A DNA stretch of 64,000 nucleotides, taken from assembly GCA_050014715.1 (NCBI GenBank), contig JBEKCT010000002.1:1331-65330 (forward strand), written 5' to 3'. How positions within the stretch are numbered: position 1 is the stretch's first letter; each line of letters begins with the position of its first letter. The stretch comes from Anaerolineales bacterium. GTDB taxonomy: Bacteria > Chloroflexota > Anaerolineae > Anaerolineales > Villigracilaceae. This document shows, in pieces, positions 19,262 to 28,935 of this stretch. The position numbers and the translations under genes were made by a program. The notes under the pieces were generated by a model. It worked only from the letters and a program-made list of their open reading frames with translations. It ran no database searches and was not told where the DNA came from.

Positions 19262-20065
19262 ATGCTCACAACTGAAGGAAGATTAAAAGATGTCAGGCCG
19301 GTCTTCAGCCTTTCTGAAAAAGTTGCTCTGGTGACCGGCGCAGGCTCTGGCCTGGGGAGAGGGATCGCGGAAGGGTTTGGCCAGTTTGGAGCCCGTGTCG
19401 CTGTCGTCGATCAAAACCCGGATACCGCAAGAGAAACCATCTCCTTTATTAAGCAGAGTGGGGGCAGGGCGATTGCAATCCAGTGTGATGTAACCAAGGA
19501 GGACCAGGTCAAAGCGGCTGTTGCGAAAACGGTCAAGGAATTTGGAAAGATTGACATCTTGGCTGCCATTGCCGGGATTGGCGATCGGAACCCAGCCGAG
19601 AAAATGACGCTTGAGCAGTGGGACAGGGTCATTGATATTAATTTAAAGGGGGTTTGGTTGTTCGATCAGGAGGTAGGGAAGCATATGATCGAGCGAGGCC
19701 AGGGTGGAAGCATTATCAATATGGCTTCGGTTGCCGGCATCGTTGGCATCACCACCGGCAACGCGAATTATGCTGCCAGCAAAGGCGGCGTCATTGCGCT
19801 TACCCACCTTTTGGCCATCGAATGGGCAAAATTTAACATCCGGGTGAATGCGATTGCCCCAGTCCAGTTTAAGACACCCCTCATTAAAAACCTCTTTCAT
19901 CAGAAACCAGAAACCGAACAATATTTCCTAGCCCATATCCCATTGGGAAGATTGGGCGACGTCGACGAGATCGTTGGACCGGCAGTTTTTCTGGCTTCCA
20001 GCGCGTCATCGATGGTCACCGGTCACGTGCTCGTGGTAGACGGGGGAAGTACCGTAGCTTTCTAG
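19262..20065 (+). CDS. SDR-family oxidoreductase
   Basis: 267 aa. It has TGAGSGLGRGIA, AAIAG, and the catalytic YAASKGG. Confidence 0.9.
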   Translation: MLTTEGRLKDVRPVFSLSEKVALVTGAGSGLGRGIAEGFGQFGARVAVVDQNPDTARETISFIKQSGGRAIAIQCDVTKEDQVKAAVAKTVKEFGKIDILAAIAGIGDRNPAEKMTLEQWDRVIDINLKGVWLFDQEVGKHMIERGQGGSIINMASVAGIVGITTGNANYAASKGGVIALTHLLAIEWAKFNIRVNAIAPVQFKTPLIKNLFHQKPETEQYFLAHIPLGRLGDVDEIVGPAVFLASSASSMVTGHVLVVDGGSTVAF

Positions 20066-20078
20066 AAAGGTCATAAAT

Positions 20079-20987
20079 ATGATCACCGGTCTCTTTCATG
20101 CCAGTTACACCATCTCGGATGTAGAAAAAACCGTTTCCTTCTGCAAAGAGGTGTTAGGGCTGGAACACACGCGATGGCAGATCAGCAATCAACCCTATCT
20201 TGCATCAGTCACAGGTATTCCCGGCTGCAGTTTGCGAATTGGCTTTGCTCGGGCAGAGGGCGACGATACATCGTACGAAATGGTGGAGTATGTACAGCCC
20301 AAAGGCCCGCGCGCCAGAACAGGGTTCGGAATCCCCGGATCCATTTACATGAGTTGGGAAGTGGACAATTTGGAAGCAGCCATTGAAAGGTTAAGGAAGG
20401 CCAATACCTCCATTATCGCCAGTCCAGCTACGATTGAGGATGGTTTATGGAAAGATGCCCGGGGAGTATTTTTCCTGGGTCCAGATGATATTCTCACTGA
20501 ATTGGTGGAGATCAAGCACCAACCCGATGGAAATGGAAGGTTGTTACGTCTTCATCATGTCACCTTCTCAATTACCAGTATTGAAAAAGCGCTTGGGATT
20601 TTTTGTGAAAAGTTAAAATTGACCTTGGATCTCATCGTTAATTCCTCGGGAGATTATGTGTCCAATTTCATTCGACTTCCTGATCCGTCCATGCGTAAAG
20701 CATATTTATCAATACCGAATACAAATTGCAAAATGGAATTGTTGGAGTATCGTACAGCCGCTGGCCCAACTGCGGATATGGCAACAAACAACCTGGCCAG
20801 TGGTCACGCATGTTTTCGGGCAGACGACATGAATTCGACTTATCGTGAATTGAGATCGGTCGGGGTAGAATTTGTTGGCAAACCAACGGAGATTACCGCG
20901 GGAGTAAATAAGGGTGGATACGCAACATATTTTAAAGGCACGGACGGTATCCGTTTTGAGCTCTTTCAAAATCCGCCAGCGGTCTGA
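20079..20987 (+). CDS. two-domain VOC (glyoxalase/dioxygenase) family protein
   Basis: 302 aa. It has two tandem beta-alpha-beta-beta-beta modules. Each starts with an H-containing strand (LFHASYTISD and LHHVTFSITS) and has a conserved E near its end. Confidence 0.8.
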   Translation: MITGLFHASYTISDVEKTVSFCKEVLGLEHTRWQISNQPYLASVTGIPGCSLRIGFARAEGDDTSYEMVEYVQPKGPRARTGFGIPGSIYMSWEVDNLEAAIERLRKANTSIIASPATIEDGLWKDARGVFFLGPDDILTELVEIKHQPDGNGRLLRLHHVTFSITSIEKALGIFCEKLKLTLDLIVNSSGDYVSNFIRLPDPSMRKAYLSIPNTNCKMELLEYRTAAGPTADMATNNLASGHACFRADDMNSTYRELRSVGVEFVGKPTEITAGVNKGGYATYFKGTDGIRFELFQNPPAV

Positions 20988-21052
20988 AGCCGGGTTTAAC
21001 GACCCGGTTTTCAGAATCGCTATTCGGTAAAAATTATCAAAAGGAGAAATAT

Positions 21053-21823
21053 ATGACAACTCGGATCCAATTCTTTGGTGTTGCTGGTTATCAAATCATT
21101 ACCGCGAGCGGCAAACATGTGGTGATTGACCCATTCCTGGATGGGAATGTTCAATCGCCGGTGAAAGTGGCCGATCTGGAACAAGTCGATCTGCTTCTCA
21201 TCACCCATAATGCATCGGATCACATGGGGAATGCCCCCGACATCCTCCGCAAATTCCACTGCCCGGTGATTTGCGCCAAGGATGTGATTCACAACCTGAC
21301 CCGGAATCATGGTATCGATCCGGACCTGTTCCGGGTAACCATATGGGGGATGGTAATCGAGGAGGCTGGTGTACGAGTACGCCCGGTAGAAAGCCATCAC
21401 TGGTCATTTGCTGTCACTCCGAGTGGCGAACTGCTCTCTGGTCCGGCGCTGGGATTTATTGTTGAGGCGGGTCCGGGCGTACGTATTTATCATCCGGGCG
21501 ATACAGCCATGACCTACGACATGCGATTGTGGGGAGAACTCTATAAACCCACAGTGGGGTTGATGCATGTGACCCTACCGGAAGGTCCAAGCGTTTCATT
21601 GCCTCATATGGAATGCTACCAGTGTGGAGAATTAACCCCTTACGAAGCGGCACTGGCCAGCCAGTGGCTGGGCCTTCAGCACGTGGTGGTCAGTCATTAT
21701 ATGGATCCTAACTGTAAAGATGTCCAGGATTTCCTGCAAATTATGAAAGCGTCTGACCGAGGCGATGGCACTGGTCCGAAAGTAAGTGTTATGAATCCCG
21801 GTGAATGGTTGGATTTGGTCTGA
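21053..21823 (+). CDS. MBL-fold metal-dependent hydrolase (UPF0173-like), variant metal motif
   Basis: 256 aa. Motifs seen are IQFFGVAGYQI..HVVIDPFL, LLITHNASDHMGN (HxHxDH reads HNASDH), YHPGDTA and VVSHY. Confidence 0.75.
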   Translation: MTTRIQFFGVAGYQIITASGKHVVIDPFLDGNVQSPVKVADLEQVDLLLITHNASDHMGNAPDILRKFHCPVICAKDVIHNLTRNHGIDPDLFRVTIWGMVIEEAGVRVRPVESHHWSFAVTPSGELLSGPALGFIVEAGPGVRIYHPGDTAMTYDMRLWGELYKPTVGLMHVTLPEGPSVSLPHMECYQCGELTPYEAALASQWLGLQHVVVSHYMDPNCKDVQDFLQIMKASDRGDGTGPKVSVMNPGEWLDLV

Positions 21824-21835
21824 AAAGGCCTCCTC

Positions 21836-22612
21836 ATGGAGTTCGACCAACAGGGTGTTCATATCCGGATGATTTCCGGGCTTTCAAGTAGACATCTTGT
21901 CGGTGCAACAGGCTTGATCAAAAGCCTGAATTTCCACACCGAGATCAAGACAACACGCAAAACGCTTCCCCTTGGTCACCCTACTTCCCCTAGCCTGGGC
22001 GTTGTCCTCAACGGCGAGGGCGCCACATTAGAATGGGCTGGCCGCGCCACCCCACTGCAACGCTGGTCCTGGTTCTACTTACCAGCCGGCTGCCCGGCAA
22101 ACCTGGATTCCAGGGAAGGCTCTCTTTCTCTTTTGCTGACCAAGCCTGTCAGTATCAATCCAGCCATGCTTGAGGCTGCCTTGCAAGGCGAGCCTGTTGT
22201 GGCGTCACTTAACACGCTTCGAGTTATCCGTAAAGAAGGGCGTATCACTTTTAATGCAGCGGGGGATGGCTGCCCAATCAACCGGCCATTCTTCATGGCC
22301 TCCTTTTGTATCTACGACCAAGAATATGGCAGCATGGCTCAGCACGTGCATACCGACCAGGAGGAATGCATGTTTGTTTTGCGCGCAACTGGCAGCCAGC
22401 CCATCTTCCGCTTCTCCAGTCATTCGGTCAATCTCCAAGATGAGACCCTGATCCACGTTTTCCCGGGGGATTACCATGGGTTCATCCCCTCAGCAGACGG
22501 TAAGATCGCGATCGTGGCATTGTACCTTTTCCCTTCCAGTAACGCAGGTGTGAAGTTGGAACCCATGAGCCCAAAAGATATTACCTTGTGGGAAGCGGTC
22601 GCTGGCAGCTAG
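21836..22612 (+). CDS. cupin-like hypothetical protein
   Basis: 258 aa. The C-terminal HVHTDQEECMFVL...HVFPGDYHGF resembles a cupin metal motif. It is co-oriented and close-packed with block B. Confidence 0.45.
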   Translation: MEFDQQGVHIRMISGLSSRHLVGATGLIKSLNFHTEIKTTRKTLPLGHPTSPSLGVVLNGEGATLEWAGRATPLQRWSWFYLPAGCPANLDSREGSLSLLLTKPVSINPAMLEAALQGEPVVASLNTLRVIRKEGRITFNAAGDGCPINRPFFMASFCIYDQEYGSMAQHVHTDQEECMFVLRATGSQPIFRFSSHSVNLQDETLIHVFPGDYHGFIPSADGKIAIVALYLFPSSNAGVKLEPMSPKDITLWEAVAGS

Positions 22613-22626
22613 CTGCCCCCGTCTTG

Positions 22627-23664
22627 CTATTTGTATAGCTTCGTCGGAAATGGATTTCGCTCAGTAAACTGGCGTTGGTGCCAGTATGGATAAATGGTGT
22701 CCGTTTCGCTGACTGCATCCATCCGCGCTACTTGCTCCGCGCTCAAATTCCATCCAACGGCTCCCAAGTTTTCCCGCAACTGTTCTTCGTCGCGAGCACC
22801 AATAATCACGCTGGCGACTGTTGGTCTTTGCAACAGCCAGTTGAGCGAGACTTGCGCCACCGTTTTGCCCGTTTCTGCACTTATTGCATCCAACACGTCC
22901 ACAATGTTGTAGAACCATTCGTCAGGAATCGCTGGTCCCTCGCCAGCGCCTTGTGCTACGCGACTCCCGGCCGGAATAGGTTGGTTGCGCCGGAATTTTC
23001 CACTCAGGCGTCCTTGTGATAGTGACCCCCAGACGATAGTACCAACCTTTTGATCAATCGCCAGCGGCATCAGATCCCATTCGTATTCCCGCCTGAGCAA
23101 TGAATAATGGGCTTGATGAGCTATATAGCGTGCCCAGCCGTACTTTTCGGAAATAGCCAGTGATTTCATCAATTGCCAGCCAGAGAAATTGGAACAGGCG
23201 ATATAACGCACCTTACCACTTTGCACCAGCGTCTCCAGTGTTCGCAGCGTTTCCTCAACCGAAGTTTGTGCATCGAACCCATGTATGATATAAATATCGA
23301 GGTAATCCGTATTGAGGCGACGCAGGCTGGCTTCGCATGAGCGAATGAGGTGGTAACGTGAAGTTCCCACCGCGTTCGGCTCATCACTCATGCGGAAGGT
23401 AGCCTTCGTAGAAACCAGCAATTTATCACGCCGTCCGCTGATTGATTTCCCCAGAATTTCTTCCGACTGTCCCGCCGAATAAACATCTGCTGTATCAAAC
23501 AGGTTAACACCTGCTTCGATACAAATATTGACCAGGCGCCTGGCTTGCGCGGCATCGCTGTTCCCCCATTTGGCAAAGAAGGGATCGTCGCCGCCAAACG
23601 TCCCCGTCCCGAAACTGAGGGCTGACACACTTAGACCTGAGTCACCAAGTAATCTATATTCCAC
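22627..23664 (-). CDS. aldo/keto reductase
   Basis: 345 aa, GTG start behind AAGGAG. It has the MEYRLLGDSGLSVSALSFGTGTFGG N-terminus, DTADVY, and an AKR-length TIM barrel. Confidence 0.9.
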   Translation of the reverse strand: MEYRLLGDSGLSVSALSFGTGTFGGDDPFFAKWGNSDAAQARRLVNICIEAGVNLFDTADVYSAGQSEEILGKSISGRRDKLLVSTKATFRMSDEPNAVGTSRYHLIRSCEASLRRLNTDYLDIYIIHGFDAQTSVEETLRTLETLVQSGKVRYIACSNFSGWQLMKSLAISEKYGWARYIAHQAHYSLLRREYEWDLMPLAIDQKVGTIVWGSLSQGRLSGKFRRNQPIPAGSRVAQGAGEGPAIPDEWFYNIVDVLDAISAETGKTVAQVSLNWLLQRPTVASVIIGARDEEQLRENLGAVGWNLSAEQVARMDAVSETDTIYPYWHQRQFTERNPFPTKLYK

Positions 23665-23864
23665 GTTTGTTTCTCCTTAAAGAAAGTGAAACTATGGATT
23701 CGGTTATCATGGCTAAATCCTTGCATTGCGTAAAACGTCTTGAGGTTTCAAGTAGGCGAAGAGGGGACCTTCATACGGTAATGTGGACCAGTGGTCATTC
23801 GTGGCCAGAAAAGCTGTTGCCATCAGGCGACAGAGATCGGCACTGGAATAATTTGATCTGATGA

Positions 23865-24818
23865 TCAAACATGGATCTTCCCATTATGGATCAGCCACTC
23901 CACCGATTCAACTACGCCTTGCAGAGAACTATAACGCGGGTGATAGTCGAGCAGGCGTTGCGCTTTGGCAATGCTGCAGTTGGGGCTATGGGCAATATGA
24001 TCCCACGTTGCAGAAGACTCTTCGGCAGAAACGGTAGTGCGCCATTGTTCCCAGGGCAGGTAACTTAGATTGGCGGGTTGTCCGAACCAGTCAGCCACGG
24101 CTTCAGCGTAGCCGCGCAGGGTCAGCGCTGCAGGGGAAACGACATGGAAACTTTCACCCACTGCCGCGCTCCAGTTTGCCAGGGCTTTCATGAAGCTCTG
24201 GGCTACGTCGCCAGCGTGGACGTGATGCACGGTCTCCATCCCCATGTTGGGTAAAACCAGCTCTTCCCCGTGCGCTATCTTCTCGAAGACTATGGGATTA
24301 AAGTGTCCTGCTGGATTGAGCGGTACCCAACCGGGACCCACAATATGACCTGGGTGCAGGATGGTCGCGGGAAAACTACAGCGATGCGCCTGGTCGAGCA
24401 AGTAGTTTTCAATGGCAGCTTTTTGGATCCCATATTCGCCAAAAGGACGACGTGGCTGCTGCTCGGTGGTCGGCACCACCTTGCTGGGGCCATGTACCCA
24501 AATGGTGCCGCAAAATAGAAAGTGTTGTACTTGCCCATTCAATGCTTCGACCAGTTGACGGGCACTTTCGAGTTTGAAACAGATCAAATCGATCACTACA
24601 TCAGGACGTAGAGCGCTCACCCGCCCGCCGAAGGAACCAGCAGTTTCCTCCAGATCCCGGTCAACATTTACTTGCTGGACTTTCGTCCAGGCTTTGTCCG
24701 ACTGGTAAGGCTCACGTTGCTGCCGACTAAGGTTAAAGACCTCATGACCGGCCTCGACCAAGTAAGGCACCAGGTAAGTACCCACATGCCCAGTTCCGCC
24801 AATGGTTATGACACGCAT
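23865..24818 (-). CDS. NAD-dependent epimerase/dehydratase family protein (extended SDR)
   Basis: It starts MRVITIGGTGHVGTYL (GxxGxxG). The start is set at ATG 24818, which has GGAG 8 nt upstream. The ORF track's 24830 start is a TTG 4 codons further up. Confidence 0.8.
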   Translation of the reverse strand: MRVITIGGTGHVGTYLVPYLVEAGHEVFNLSRQQREPYQSDKAWTKVQQVNVDRDLEETAGSFGGRVSALRPDVVIDLICFKLESARQLVEALNGQVQHFLFCGTIWVHGPSKVVPTTEQQPRRPFGEYGIQKAAIENYLLDQAHRCSFPATILHPGHIVGPGWVPLNPAGHFNPIVFEKIAHGEELVLPNMGMETVHHVHAGDVAQSFMKALANWSAAVGESFHVVSPAALTLRGYAEAVADWFGQPANLSYLPWEQWRTTVSAEESSATWDHIAHSPNCSIAKAQRLLDYHPRYSSLQGVVESVEWLIHNGKIHV

Positions 24819-24835
24819 CGCCAACTCCAACCCCT

Positions 24836-25816
24836 CTAATCCATTACCTTGTGAACGGCTGCAATAATATCCTTCTCGCTTGGGATAACTTCCGCTTCTA
24901 GCGCATGGTTATACGGGATTGGAACGTCCTCCGCCGCGACCCGCTGGACCGGGGCGTCCAGGTCATAAAAGCATTCGTCCATGATCCGCGCGGCTAGTTC
25001 GTTAGTAAACCCGCCGGTGCGATGACTTTCACAGACCACAACTACCTTATGGGTCTTCCTGGCTGACTGCCCGATTGTTTCCATATCCAAGGGTTTAAGC
25101 GTGCGAGGATCAATGAATTCCACGTCGATTTTCTGCTGCTCTAGTTCTCTTATGGCCTTTTCCGCCATCCAACACATCCGGCTGGTTGCAACGAGCGTCA
25201 CATCCTTGCCTGGACGACGCAGCGCTGCTTTTCCAATGGGGACAAAGCAGTCCTCGGCCGGAACGGGACCAGATTCTCCGTACAGGAGCTTGTTTTCGAT
25301 AACCAGGACCGGATTATCATCCTGAATGGCCGCCTTAAGCAGCCCTTTGGCATCATAGGGCGTAGATGGCATCACCACCTTTAGCCCGGGAATCAGAGTG
25401 AACCAAGTCTCCAGCGCCTGGGAATGCTGAGCAGCGTTGCCTCGCCCAGCACCAAAGGCAGTGCGGATGGTCAGTGGGACCACGGCGTGCCCTCCGAACA
25501 TGTACTTCACCTTTGCCGCCTGGTTAACAATCGAATCCATGGCCATACAGATAAAGTCCATGTACATGATCTCAACGATCGGGCGCATCCCCATGAGAGC
25601 GGCGCCTACACCTGCCCCAACGATCACTGACTCGCTGATCGGTGTGTTTCTCACCCGCTGGGCGCCAAACTCATCAAAGAGGCCTTTGCTGGCAGCAAAC
25701 GCACCGCCGTGTTTCCCCACGTCCTCTCCCATCAGGAACACCGCCGGGTCCCGGCGCATCTCCTCCGCCATCGCCTCTGCCACTGCCTGTCGATAAGTCA
25801 GTATCCGTTCGCTCAT
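24836..25816 (-). CDS. E1 beta subunit, paralogue 2
   Basis: 326 aa. Motifs seen are RNTPISE, HSQALE and VIENKLLY. Its start abuts the E1alpha stop (25816/25817). Confidence 0.9.
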   Translation of the reverse strand: MSERILTYRQAVAEAMAEEMRRDPAVFLMGEDVGKHGGAFAASKGLFDEFGAQRVRNTPISESVIVGAGVGAALMGMRPIVEIMYMDFICMAMDSIVNQAAKVKYMFGGHAVVPLTIRTAFGAGRGNAAQHSQALETWFTLIPGLKVVMPSTPYDAKGLLKAAIQDDNPVLVIENKLLYGESGPVPAEDCFVPIGKAALRRPGKDVTLVATSRMCWMAEKAIRELEQQKIDVEFIDPRTLKPLDMETIGQSARKTHKVVVVCESHRTGGFTNELAARIMDECFYDLDAPVQRVAAEDVPIPYNHALEAEVIPSEKDIIAAVHKVMD

Positions 25817-26791
25817 CTATGCACCTCCTGTATATATATCTTCAAAGAGGGCCGCGGAATCGGGTTCTGGGGAGGCTTCAGCAAACTGGACCGCTTCATC
25901 TATTTCCTGCTGTACCGAGGCCTGGATTTGGCGGCAATCTGACTCGGTCAGAAGACTGCGCTCGATCAACCGCTGTTCTACCCGCAAGATCGGATCTTTC
26001 TTGCGCCATTCATCGGTCTCTTCTTTACTGCGATAGACCATCGCATCCCCGTAATAATGCCCTTCGATCCGGTAGGTGTTACACTCCAAGACATAGGGTC
26101 CCTTCCCGGAGCGTACATACTGGATCGCTTCGCGGGCGGCAAAATAGACAGCTTCCAGGTCGTTACCGTCCACCGCCTGAGCGGGGAGTCCATACCCGGC
26201 TGCCCGCTTAACCATTGATCCACCTGCCATGGAATAATCTGAGCAAGTAGAGACGGCATAACAATTATTTTCAAATAAGAACAGCACCGGCAATTTCCAG
26301 ATAGCAGCCAGGTTCATTGATTCATGGGTGTTGCCTTCGTTCGAAGCTCCGTCCCCAAACGAGACCACCGTAATCTGATCCGTTCCGCGCATCTGGACAG
26401 CCAAGGCAGCTCCGACCGCAATGGGTAACCCGCCGCTGACAATGCCGTTGGCGCCCAAGTTCCCTAGCTTCAGGCTGGCAATATGCATACTGCCCCCCTT
26501 GCCCTTGCAGTATCCGGTGGATTTGCCCAGGATTTCGGCAAGCATCAGCTTGAGCTCTCCGCCTTTTGCCAGCATATGGCCATGACCGCGGTGAGTGCTG
26601 ACAATGTTGTCGTCTGGCCGAAGCTGGGCGATCACCCCGACGGCAATTGCTTCCTGACCGATGCATAGATGGGTCGTTCCGCCGATTTTTCCTGCCGAGA
26701 AAAGGACTTTGATTGCCTCTTCATGCAGACGAATACGCAACATTAACCGGTAATCTGCTATCAAGGTTTCTCGATCGAGTTGTTGGTTCAT
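25817..26791 (-). CDS. E1 alpha subunit (TPP-dependent), paralogue 2
   Basis: 324 aa. It has STHRGHGH and GDGASNEG...FENN. Its ATG overlaps the stop of the upstream gene as ATGA (26788-26791). Confidence 0.9.
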   Translation of the reverse strand: MNQQLDRETLIADYRLMLRIRLHEEAIKVLFSAGKIGGTTHLCIGQEAIAVGVIAQLRPDDNIVSTHRGHGHMLAKGGELKLMLAEILGKSTGYCKGKGGSMHIASLKLGNLGANGIVSGGLPIAVGAALAVQMRGTDQITVVSFGDGASNEGNTHESMNLAAIWKLPVLFLFENNCYAVSTCSDYSMAGGSMVKRAAGYGLPAQAVDGNDLEAVYFAAREAIQYVRSGKGPYVLECNTYRIEGHYYGDAMVYRSKEETDEWRKKDPILRVEQRLIERSLLTESDCRQIQASVQQEIDEAVQFAEASPEPDSAALFEDIYTGGA

Positions 26792-27699
26792 TTTTGATCT
26801 TCTTCTAATTGGGTTCTGGCCTGCACTCTAGCCAAATCTTCCAAGATTGTGATCACCGCGGAGTGATCCAGATCACCCCGGCCTGCGCATACCAGTGCAT
26901 TAAATAACTGCTGTGTTATGGCCGTACAAGGTAAAGGGACATTGAGGTCTTTAGCGGTCTCGATGATAATATTGAGGTCCTTCAGATGGAACTTGCTTTT
27001 GAATCCGGGTTCGAAGTCACCGTGGATCAATCGCGGCCCACGTACGTCCATCACCCGAGTCTGGGCATATCCGCCGCTCAGCACCTTGAGGATGATCGCT
27101 GGATCCACACCGGCTTTCGCCCCCAGCACGAAGGCTTCTGCCATGCCAACGAAATTTAACGCTACCTGAATCTGGTTGCAAGCTTTGACGATCTGGCCTG
27201 TGCCGTTCGTTCCGCATAAGGTAATGGTCTTCCCCAAGACTTCAAAGATAGGTTTGACCTCCTCAAACAGATCCTCGGGGCCGCCCACCATGATCGAAAG
27301 GGTCGCATTGTAGGCCCCGGTTTCACCCCCGCTTACCGGTGCATCCAGGCAGCGCATCCCCAGCGCCCCCAGCTCTTGAGCTACCCGGACGGCCACCCGC
27401 GGGGAAATGCTGCTCATATCCACATAGATCAACCCCGGCCGGGCGGCATCCCGAATCCCATTCTTCCCCAAGGCAACTTGCTCTACGTCGGGGGAATCGG
27501 GGACCATAGAAATGACAAGGTCACTTTGGGCGGCCACATCTGCGGACGAGAGTCCACGCTTGGCGCCCATAGAAACGAGTGCATCCACCGGTGATGAAAT
27601 GACGTCAAATACGGTCAGGGAATAACCTGCTTGCAACAGGTGGGATGCCATATGCTTCCCCATGATCCCCAACCCAATAAAACCGATTCTTGGCTGCAT
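26788..27699 (-). CDS. beta-hydroxyacid dehydrogenase (3-hydroxyisobutyrate / tartronate-semialdehyde reductase family)
   Basis: 303 aa. It has the IGFIGLGIMGKHMASHL Rossmann N-terminus and DAPVSGG, with the length and helical C-domain of the HIBADH/GarR family. Confidence 0.88.
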   Translation of the reverse strand: MQPRIGFIGLGIMGKHMASHLLQAGYSLTVFDVISSPVDALVSMGAKRGLSSADVAAQSDLVISMVPDSPDVEQVALGKNGIRDAARPGLIYVDMSSISPRVAVRVAQELGALGMRCLDAPVSGGETGAYNATLSIMVGGPEDLFEEVKPIFEVLGKTITLCGTNGTGQIVKACNQIQVALNFVGMAEAFVLGAKAGVDPAIILKVLSGGYAQTRVMDVRGPRLIHGDFEPGFKSKFHLKDLNIIIETAKDLNVPLPCTAITQQLFNALVCAGRGDLDHSAVITILEDLARVQARTQLEEDQK

Positions 27700-27719
27700 A
27701 GTATCCTTTCTTAAATTAT

Positions 27720-28904
27720 TTAGACAGACGGGTTCTCAACCAGCTGTTTTAGACGCTGCAAAAAGCGTCCCGCTGGAGCACCATCCACCAGGCGGTGATC
27801 AAACGCCAGAGTCAAAACCATCCTAGGCCGAATAACGACCTGATCGTCGACAACTACGGGTTTTTTGATGATCGCACCTATTCCAAGGATTGCGCACTCG
27901 GGAACATTTATGATGGGCAGAAAGGTTTCGATCTCCAGACTGCCCAGATTAGTGATGGTAAATGTGCCTCCTTCCAGTTCTTCCAACTTATTTTTCCCTT
28001 TTAAAGCGCGACCGGCAATCTCGTCAAACTCACGTTGCAACGCACCCACGTCTTTCGTGTTAGCCTGATGCAAAACCGGAACCAATAGCCCGCGATCGGA
28101 GTCAACCGCGACCCCAATATTGATCTCTTCCATTAAGCGTATCGAATTGCCTTCCAATTGAGCATTCATATATGGAAATTCCGCCAGCGCCTGAGAGGCA
28201 AGCTTGGCCAGTAGGACATTGTAGCTGCCTTTTATTCCGCTGGCTTGGAGCCGTTCCCGCCATACCAACAGCGCCGTAGCATCTACTTCCAGCGAAAGCC
28301 CAACCCGTGCTACCGTTCGGGCACTTTGGCTCATGTGCTCGGCAATCCTCCGGCGAATGGAAGTCATTTCCTGCTTGGCCGCTCTGGGTTGGGTCGACTG
28401 ACTGGCCTGCATCGCCTGGTATGCTGCCTCGATATCCTCCCGCATGATTTTGTCTTTTCGCGGAACGACTTTGGCGATATCGACCCCCAATTCGCGCGCC
28501 AGAGTCCTGGCAGCCGGTGAGATGGGGATATGAGCCGGGCTGCCCCCCGCCGCGCTTTGGGAGGATGCGGCCGCGCCTGCCCCGGTCAGAACTTTGACCT
28601 CGACCTCCGCCTTGGGTGCGACCCCTTCCGCGATCACATCCGGCACATTAGCAGGCATCGCTTCCCCAGGCTGGAGAATGACTGCTAAAACCACATTACA
28701 GGGGACAATCTCCCCTTCTTGTTTAAGGATGGAGGCGAGGAAGCCACCTGCGGGCGCTTCCACTTCTTGAGTGGCTTTATCGGTCTCAATTTCAAGGATT
28801 GCCTGCCCGGCTTTAACGGCAGTCCCTTCCGGAAACAGCCAGCGGATGATCACCCCCTCGACCATGTTTAGTCCCAGTTTGGGCATTGCGACAAATGTAG
28901 CCAT
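27720..28904 (-). CDS. dihydrolipoamide acyltransferase (E2), paralogue 2
   Basis: 394 aa. It has a lipoyl domain (IETDKAT), a binding domain (ISPAARTLARELGVDI), and the catalytic DHRLVDGA. Confidence 0.9.
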   Translation of the reverse strand: MATFVAMPKLGLNMVEGVIIRWLFPEGTAVKAGQAILEIETDKATQEVEAPAGGFLASILKQEGEIVPCNVVLAVILQPGEAMPANVPDVIAEGVAPKAEVEVKVLTGAGAAASSQSAAGGSPAHIPISPAARTLARELGVDIAKVVPRKDKIMREDIEAAYQAMQASQSTQPRAAKQEMTSIRRRIAEHMSQSARTVARVGLSLEVDATALLVWRERLQASGIKGSYNVLLAKLASQALAEFPYMNAQLEGNSIRLMEEINIGVAVDSDRGLLVPVLHQANTKDVGALQREFDEIAGRALKGKNKLEELEGGTFTITNLGSLEIETFLPIINVPECAILGIGAIIKKPVVVDDQVVIRPRMVLTLAFDHRLVDGAPAGRFLQRLKQLVENPSV

Positions 28905-28935
28905 TGAATAACCTCTCTGCAGTTGCGGTCCGTTG

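Noticed and set aside
20990-21011. A small hairpin, CCGGGT..ACCCGG followed by TTTT, after the VOC gene.
   Set aside because: The stem is only 6 bp and sits inside an apparently continuous operon. It may be a weak attenuator, but it is not convincing as a terminator.
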